A stretch of DNA of 64,000 nt from Marsupella aquatica (taxonomy: Eukaryota; Plantae; Marchantiophyta): positions 6,810,470 to 6,874,469 of the forward strand of contig OZ316897.1 of assembly GCA_973895155.1 (NCBI GenBank), written 5' to 3'. Positions 57,875-64,000 of this stretch are shown here, piece after piece. A model generated the notes under the pieces. It did no database searches. It was not told the origin of the DNA and saw only the letters and a list, made by a program, of their open reading frames with translations. Every line of letters begins with the position of its first letter. Position 1 is the first letter of the stretch. The translations under genes were made by a program, and so were the position numbers.

Positions 57875-58760
57875 AAATCACATTTTAAAGTCTCCAAACT
57901 CGGTATTCGTTCCCTTTAAGAACAAGATGGGGTTGGTTTGATGTAATAAACTAAAAACAAAGCTTTAAGCTCTTGTGTCACACATAGTAATCAATCTTGA
58001 CTACTTTAATCAGGTACTTTGAAGATCGCTCCACAGCGGTGAGTAGTTTTTGATGATAACTCAACATCAGATAACCTTCAATTAAGCAAAAGATTGCAAT
58101 TAACAAAACACAAGGAAAAATCTCTCAGAGTATGCTTAAGGGAGTCTGGAATAGACCAAGGTTACTCCTTAGACATAAGTAATAATGGAATGACTTTAAG
58201 GGAATCCAAATCCACACGGCTTTTCAGATCTAAACTGCATACTAGAGTATCCTTTTAAAATGCTGGCAACATGTCTTGACCTTTCTTCCTAAGTGATACT
58301 TAGTCAAGATCTAAAAGGATAAATACTTCAGCATTTAGATGGTACTAAGCAACATGAAGGTGAAAACATCATTTCCAATGTAACTTAAACTCAATGAGTT
58401 AACTCTAAGAACTTGTGAGATTACAATGTGTCACCAAAGCGGAATCTGACATTATAATTCACGAGATTCATAACTGAGGTTTTACTTCAAGTATTTGGGT
58501 TCCAAAATACAAGAAGGAGGTAAGTCTCTCCAATTATTAAGTCTGATTTAGAACTCGTAGGTTCAGAATCAATAGACTTAACAAAAGGGAGGCAAAAATG
58601 CAGAACTTAACCATCTCTCTACACTAGGGGAAGAGGTATAAATAGTGATGAACTACAGAATAAGAGGTCACAGGGTCGAAGAGACATGCCTCTTCATAAC
58701 CCTCAAAAAGTCAAAACGACGATTCAATAAGTGGAAAGCCGGAAAAAATGGCTAAGTATG

Positions 58761-58831
58761 AACTCTTAAACTCTTAAAAACTTAAACTCTTAAAAACGTA
58801 AAAACTTAAACTCTTAAACTCTTAATTTCGG
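58761..58831. repeat. (AACTCTTA)n-type array downstream of the extra ORF
   Basis: Read directly; ends AAACTCTTAATTTCGG, like the array at 61649-61828. Confidence 0.8.
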
Positions 58832-59030
58832 TATACTAAAAATTGAGTAGATTCAACTATTTTTAACTTTCTACTCCTGATTCAAAAAACTCTGAAATTT
58901 TTCCAGTAGGGTTTCCTAGGTACAGACTACAGCCTAAAGAAGTCTCATAGCTTTTAAAGCTCTACAACACATTTAGAAAAATTGGTAAAAGTACTATACT
59001 TTTCAATACTAGCTAAAAAGATAGTCTCCT

Positions 59031-61445
59031 TCAAGCTTGTTGTCGAATATCATCGAGTTCGAGCAGCTCCACGTAGGTGACAATCCGATTCTGTGTTACC
59101 TCCATCAGCTCAGTCTGACGTGGTGATCCTCGAGAGTAGGGTAGGCACCTTAGTTGTCTCTCAGGATACATCAAAGGCATTCGCTTCATCAAATAACAGG
59201 AATCTATACGAAGAGCTTCTCTGTATATCCCTAGTACATCATAGTTGTTGCAGGTGGCAGCATATACTTGGGGATAGTGATGCAGAAACTCATCACTATT
59301 CATCATCCTGGAATAGAAGGGTCGAAGTCTCCATCTGACATCCTTAAAATATCGGTTGAAATGAGCCAGGGTCTGAGTAGTGACATTATTCCAGATCCTC
59401 TGTTTCTCAGCTAGGGAACTGGTGGAAACAAGGACAACCTTCGGCTCTCGTGGAATGTAAGAGTTCTGGTGAGAAGTGGATTTCTTACTCTGCATGAGAA
59501 AAGAAATCACAAAGTCCAGAGCGTAAGCTGCAAAATTCCCGAAATAGGCCAAAACCAAATCTGGATCTTCTACTTCTACATCCCCTTGAAGTAGCATCAT
59601 AGCAAGGATGGGTCGGAAGTAGATTGAGTCAGTCCAGAACTCATCAAATTGAGCCATCTCCACTCTTGAAGTTCCGAAACTTCTGAGGTCAAATATGTAA
59701 CTGGCCTCAGTCTTCTTAAGGTAGTAGTATCTCCAAAACTCTCCAATTGGGGGTCTGTTGGCCTGCATTATCTTACAAGTCTCCACGTACCTCTGCACTT
59801 GAGACTCTGGATGTCGTGTATATCTTTTTTCAATGACAGAATACCGGGGTGTTTGAGTAGAGGAGGTGACAACTGCCACTAAATTTGGATCAGATCTTAA
59901 GGTAGTGTCAACATCCTCAAATCCTTGCCTTGGTGACGACTCGACAGAGTTGTCATAAGATCGGATGGAATCAAAATCAGAGGGTGGATCAGAATCCTCA
60001 GGAAGATCCTGTCTAACAGAAGGATGTTCATACTGTGGTTGGGTATAAATAGGTCCCTCGGTTGGCTCATAATTGGAATCTGGACTATAAATGCAGTCAC
60101 CCGGGTTGGAAGGGCCTTTGAATTCTGTGTACTTCGGAATTAAGTCACTAACCACAGAGATTATCTCCTCAGGTTCACACTGAAGCAATTCCAGTAGGTC
60201 AGTTACAATTGCAACACAACTTGTGTTTCCTATCCTTGAGACAGGTTCACTTGGCTCTGGAGGTAGATTCTGTGGGACAGTAGGAGTGAGAGCAACAAAT
60301 TCTTCTGGTGCTGACCTCTCAATGGGAGAAGCGGTCCTGACAGGGGTTAGCTGATCTGGAAATGGAGAGGATAAGCTAACTGCCTCGGATCTCAAATCAC
60401 AGACAACATCGTAGAGTTCAACATCACTGCAACCGAAGAGAGAGATTAACTTATCAATAAGCTGCTGATTTGACTCTGCTTTCGAAAAAGGGGGCATGGT
60501 GACTCCTCGTATGGCAGTAATAGTTGGTTCAACAACGACTTCTTGTTGCTCAGGAAAAATCTCGTCTCCTTCAGCTTCAAGTTGATCTGCTCCACTGATT
60601 TCTCTTGGAGAGTATAAAATGACCTCCATGTTGTGTTCAGGGGGAAATTCCGAACCACCTATCGAGACATCCTCCATATTAACATCGATGTCCATATTAA
60701 CATCCTGATCAGTGGAATTCAGCAGAATGTCCTGTTCTGATTCTGCTACACTAATTTCTTCCTCAATGTCCAACTCGATCAGAAGTAATCCCCTTTCTGT
60801 TTTCTCCTCCGGATGTAAACAGTCATGTGCTTGATACAGCTGAGATAGATAGACTTGTAGACAAGTAGGTCTGCCTGCCTTCATACTTCTCACCTGATCG
60901 TTCATCACATTGAAAAGTAACAACGCCCAATTTGCTTGGATAGCTCCACTGTGAGAAGCTACGATAGTATTCGCCAATGCCACAGGGCAGATAGTTGGTC
61001 TCTTCGGATGGAGAATGGGCACTAGAAATTCTAAAAGAATCCTCAAATCCGGATAGGTACATTGTGTCACATTCCAGCCATTGGTAGGATGGCGAATCCC
61101 TGAAAAGTAAGGAGTGGACAAATCTTTTTTCTTTGAATATAATCCTTCTCCATCTAAGGGGCAGCGGAAGGCATGAGCTACTTGCTCAACTGTCCATAAA
61201 CTTGGCCGAGCTCGAATGGTTTGTCGAAATTCAGGGGCAATCAGTGATCCTCTCACAAAATCCTGTAAATAAGAGTCGAGCTCCACATTCCAAGGGATTG
61301 CGAGTAGATGTTCCAATCCGAGCTGCTGTAACGATGTTCTCAAATTTTCACAACTGTCGGGCGCCAAAGGAATTCGAGCGACCACACTCTTAGGAATTGC
61401 CAGAGTTTGAACACGATACTGTGCATCAGCGTCCAAGTCAGCCAT
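59031..61445 (-). CDS. Extra 804-aa ORF between gag and protease
   Basis: Intact ATG-to-stop ORF in the sense orientation of the element. Its N-terminal domain resembles the LTR protein (GL...PW...F...VA..F..P...NGW...C...L.FL). Confidence 0.8.
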   Translation of the reverse strand: MADLDADAQYRVQTLAIPKSVVARIPLAPDSCENLRTSLQQLGLEHLLAIPWNVELDSYLQDFVRGSLIAPEFRQTIRARPSLWTVEQVAHAFRCPLDGEGLYSKKKDLSTPYFSGIRHPTNGWNVTQCTYPDLRILLEFLVPILHPKRPTICPVALANTIVASHSGAIQANWALLLFNVMNDQVRSMKAGRPTCLQVYLSQLYQAHDCLHPEEKTERGLLLIELDIEEEISVAESEQDILLNSTDQDVNMDIDVNMEDVSIGGSEFPPEHNMEVILYSPREISGADQLEAEGDEIFPEQQEVVVEPTITAIRGVTMPPFSKAESNQQLIDKLISLFGCSDVELYDVVCDLRSEAVSLSSPFPDQLTPVRTASPIERSAPEEFVALTPTVPQNLPPEPSEPVSRIGNTSCVAIVTDLLELLQCEPEEIISVVSDLIPKYTEFKGPSNPGDCIYSPDSNYEPTEGPIYTQPQYEHPSVRQDLPEDSDPPSDFDSIRSYDNSVESSPRQGFEDVDTTLRSDPNLVAVVTSSTQTPRYSVIEKRYTRHPESQVQRYVETCKIMQANRPPIGEFWRYYYLKKTEASYIFDLRSFGTSRVEMAQFDEFWTDSIYFRPILAMMLLQGDVEVEDPDLVLAYFGNFAAYALDFVISFLMQSKKSTSHQNSYIPREPKVVLVSTSSLAEKQRIWNNVTTQTLAHFNRYFKDVRWRLRPFYSRMMNSDEFLHHYPQVYAATCNNYDVLGIYREALRIDSCYLMKRMPLMYPERQLRCLPYSRGSPRQTELMEVTQNRIVTYVELLELDDIRQQA

Positions 61446-61648
61446 AGCTCAAATTCTGCTCACTGAGCTGCGCGAAGAATTGTTTGGAGTCGAGAGCGAT
61501 GAAAGATGCAGCGGAAGAGAAGTCAGGAGTGAGCGCCTATGTTCTGGATTCCTCCCCCTTCAAGGCCTGCTCCTCGTTTTGTTGCAAAGTCCCGTTGGAG
61601 TTAGCCGTAGCCTGTCACAATCGCGGGGCTCGCCAGTTCGCAAGTCGC

Positions 61649-61828
61649 AACTCTTAAAGTCGTAAAGTCTTAAAGTAGGGTTTACTCGTAAACCCTTAAA
61701 CTCTTAAACTATTAAACACTTCAACTCTTCAACTCTTCAACTCTTAAACTATTAAAGTAGGGTTTACTCGTAAACCCGTAAACTCTTAAACACTTCAACT
61801 CTTCAACTCTTAAACTCTTAATCTTCGG
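61649..61828. repeat. (AACTCTTA/C)n-type array upstream of the extra ORF
   Basis: Read directly; includes a duplicated TTAAAGTAGGGTTTACTCGTAAACCC block. Confidence 0.8.
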
Positions 61829-61928
61829 CAGAGTTTAGTTTACTCGAGTTATCAGCAAATATAGTTTAACTACTTCAAAAATTTAAAAATTTTCCGGTTT
61901 TCTTCATGACTTTGGAATTACTGCCTAT

Positions 61929-63568
61929 CTACAGGGCTTCGGCCTCATCATCAGATGGTACGAACTCTGCCTCGGCATCCTCTTGCCATCCTAGTTCGAT
62001 GTGGTTGATTTGAACTCCTCCGGGGGTAGTACCTGGCGGTAAGATCTTGATCGGCAAAAGCTTATGATTTGCGGCCAGGCCTGCCAACCAAGTAGGACAT
62101 TGCCCTAGCATATGACCTTCCTGTCGGCATCCCATACATAGCTGAGCTGGTTGTCCATCACCCTGTTTGCGTGCATTCGGGCATTCTCTAGCAAAATGGC
62201 CAGGTTGACCACAATTATAGCACGCCGCAAATCTTTGCACATTCGGCCTAGGAGGTACTAACGGGTTCTGAATAATCCGAGGATACATCTCTCCTGGATT
62301 GTTCCTTAACCCTGACCATAGAGATGCAGGTCTGTTGGATAGGTCTCGTGCTCCAGTCTCACTGATGCCGAAAACACTATCAGCGGCATCTCCTAAAAAG
62401 TACTCTACTTCTCCCTGACATGGTCTGATCTCGGCCACATGCCGAACATGATTAGTATGAAGCTTAGGACACGCATCTTTATGGTGTCCGGTTTTATAAC
62501 ATAAGGCACACCATACAGAGCTATCCTCCTGTACTACCTTCTTCTTCGGTTTTACCTCTGCAATGATAGCCTTAAGTTGCTCGGTAAGGGCTACGATGTT
62601 ATCTGGTGGCTTAGCCTCCAGCTTGACTTTCGTCTTCCCTCTCCTTCTGCCCTTCCTTTTCCTAGTTTTTTCTTCTTCAGAACTAGAAGATGACTCACTC
62701 TTGCTACTCCCACTATCCGAGCTTGACTTATCACTTCTAGACTTCTTAGAATGTTTCTTCTTCTTATCTTTTTTCTTATGGGGTGATCCCTCCTCTCTGA
62801 TGAGGAACTCTCAGACTTAAGCTGTTTCTTCCGGCTTGTGATATCTGCATTAATGTATAATTGAATATCCTTAATTGCTTCGGCTAAAGTCTCCGGGTTC
62901 TCCTTCCTAATTGCAAAACTCATCTTCTGTGGCAAAGCATTCACCAACCATTGAAGTTGCATACCTTCAGATGCATTGGTCTTTGTACGTCTTACCAGTT
63001 TCTGAAAGCGTTGCAAGAACTTCCTGAAGGATTTGTTCTCCTTGAACCGAAGTTGTCCCAACTTCAGCACTGCTAGTGCTGAAGTTCCAATGGGTTGAAA
63101 CTCCTTAACAAAGAGTGTTTTGAAGATATCCCAGATGGCTTGATCTTCCACATCTAATGCTCTATACCAAGGCCTAGCCTCACCCTTGAACAGGCCGGGA
63201 AGAATCTGCATCTTGATGGCCGATTCTCCATTTGCTATAGCGGTTCCCTCGAAATCATCCAACCATTCGTCCGGATCCTCATCTCCTCTCCCATGAAATG
63301 CCTTGTAATGTATGCGCGACCGCTGGCTCAATCTGGTCCCTGGCCTCTCGTCTGGCCGTGCCTCTGGTTCCCCCATGTCGGTTGGAGACTCACTTCTCCT
63401 TACCGACTCTTCTTCTGGTATGTCTTCTTCGACGCCACTTCCAATTTCGGAGCTACCAGCTCTTTCTGCCCCTCTCAGTCGCTGTGTATCATGCCACCCG
63501 GCGAGCTGCTGCAGTCGAGCTCTCTCCCGTTGAATCACTCTTTCTTCCCTCGGCGTAAGGTCAGTCAT
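61929..63568 (-). pseudogene. gag: gag with three CCHC zinc knuckles and one frameshift near 62790
   Basis: FHGRGDEDPDEWL...GEARPWY...WDIFK..F; knuckles CALCYKTGHHKDAC, CYNCGQPGHFAREC and CMGCRQEGHMLGQC. Confidence 0.9.
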
Positions 63569-63615
63569 TACCTACGCTTCCGTTCTAACTTCATATCTCA
63601 CGGCTTAAGAAATGC

Positions 63616-63633
63616 CCCCTCCATCTAGCGCCA
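63616..63633 (-). promoter_or_regulatory. Primer binding site
   Basis: TGGCGCTAGATGGAGGGG, 4 nt after the CA end of the 5' LTR. The cognate tRNA was not identified. Confidence 0.8.
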
Positions 63634-63637
63634 AAAA

Positions 63638-64000
63638 TGTGGTGCGTCCCATGGCTCCCTGAACCCAAGAAACCCCCCAGCTCAAGCCGATTCCCGCGGG
63701 TTTCGCGCTTAGCGAGGCCGTTTCCGCGGCTTAGCGGCATGGGACGCTGCTAACCTTCTACTACTACTATTAACATTTTACACACATATACTGGACAGAT
63801 CCTTCATCGGGTCATGAGATACGTAGCCGGCCTAATCTAGGCCTTCCCCTGTCTTCCCCTCCGTCTTGTTAGGTATGTTTGGATTCCGCCGCCGGAATGA
63901 TCCCCAATAGGCTTGGTTAAGCCGCTAAGACCTCTCTCAGCTCGACACATCCAACTCTCACTCCCCTGCTTACTTTCCTTCCTTCTGGTTGATGTGGGCA
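63638..64000 (-). repeat. 3' end of the 5' LTR
   Basis: Near-identical to 43999-44360 and followed by the PBS on the minus strand. Confidence 0.95.

Larger units (their letters stand above)
43999..64000 (-). mobile_element. Near full-length Ty3/gypsy (non-chromovirus) retrotransposon, family A; 5' LTR runs off the window
   Basis: Order on the minus strand: LTR, PBS, gag, extra ORF, PR, RT, RH, INT, PPT, LTR. No chromodomain is seen after the GPF motif. Confidence 0.95.

Overview
The window contains no recognisable host gene. It is a deep nest of plant transposons; the domain content suggests a non-seed land plant, which is an inference. Three CACTA elements start at 6023, 16814 and 40748 and sit inside one another. 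They host (i) an 11.46-kb Mutator-like DNA transposon (17904-29363, 8-bp TSD CGTGTCAT) and (ii) several copies of a Ty3/gypsy family whose ~4.65-kb LTRs each contain a ~1100-1200 aa ORF. First highlight: head-to-head with its GCM/DDE/SWIM transposase, the Mutator-like element carries a spliced cargo gene with a ParB/Srx-like domain (DGNHR) and a beta-class amino-DNA-methyltransferase fold. About 16 copies of a 15-bp palindrome, YAGCGCC-N-GGCGCTR, lie only in its introns and intergenic spacers, and one degenerate copy lies at the centre of its 337-bp MITE. This looks like a transposon-encoded sequence-recognition/modification system. Second highlight: the protein-coding giant LTR is conserved across two diverged subfamilies, and a likely paralogous extra ORF lies between gag and protease. 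Most copies are degraded by C>T-type stops and frameshifts. All domain calls come from motif recognition by eye, not database searches.
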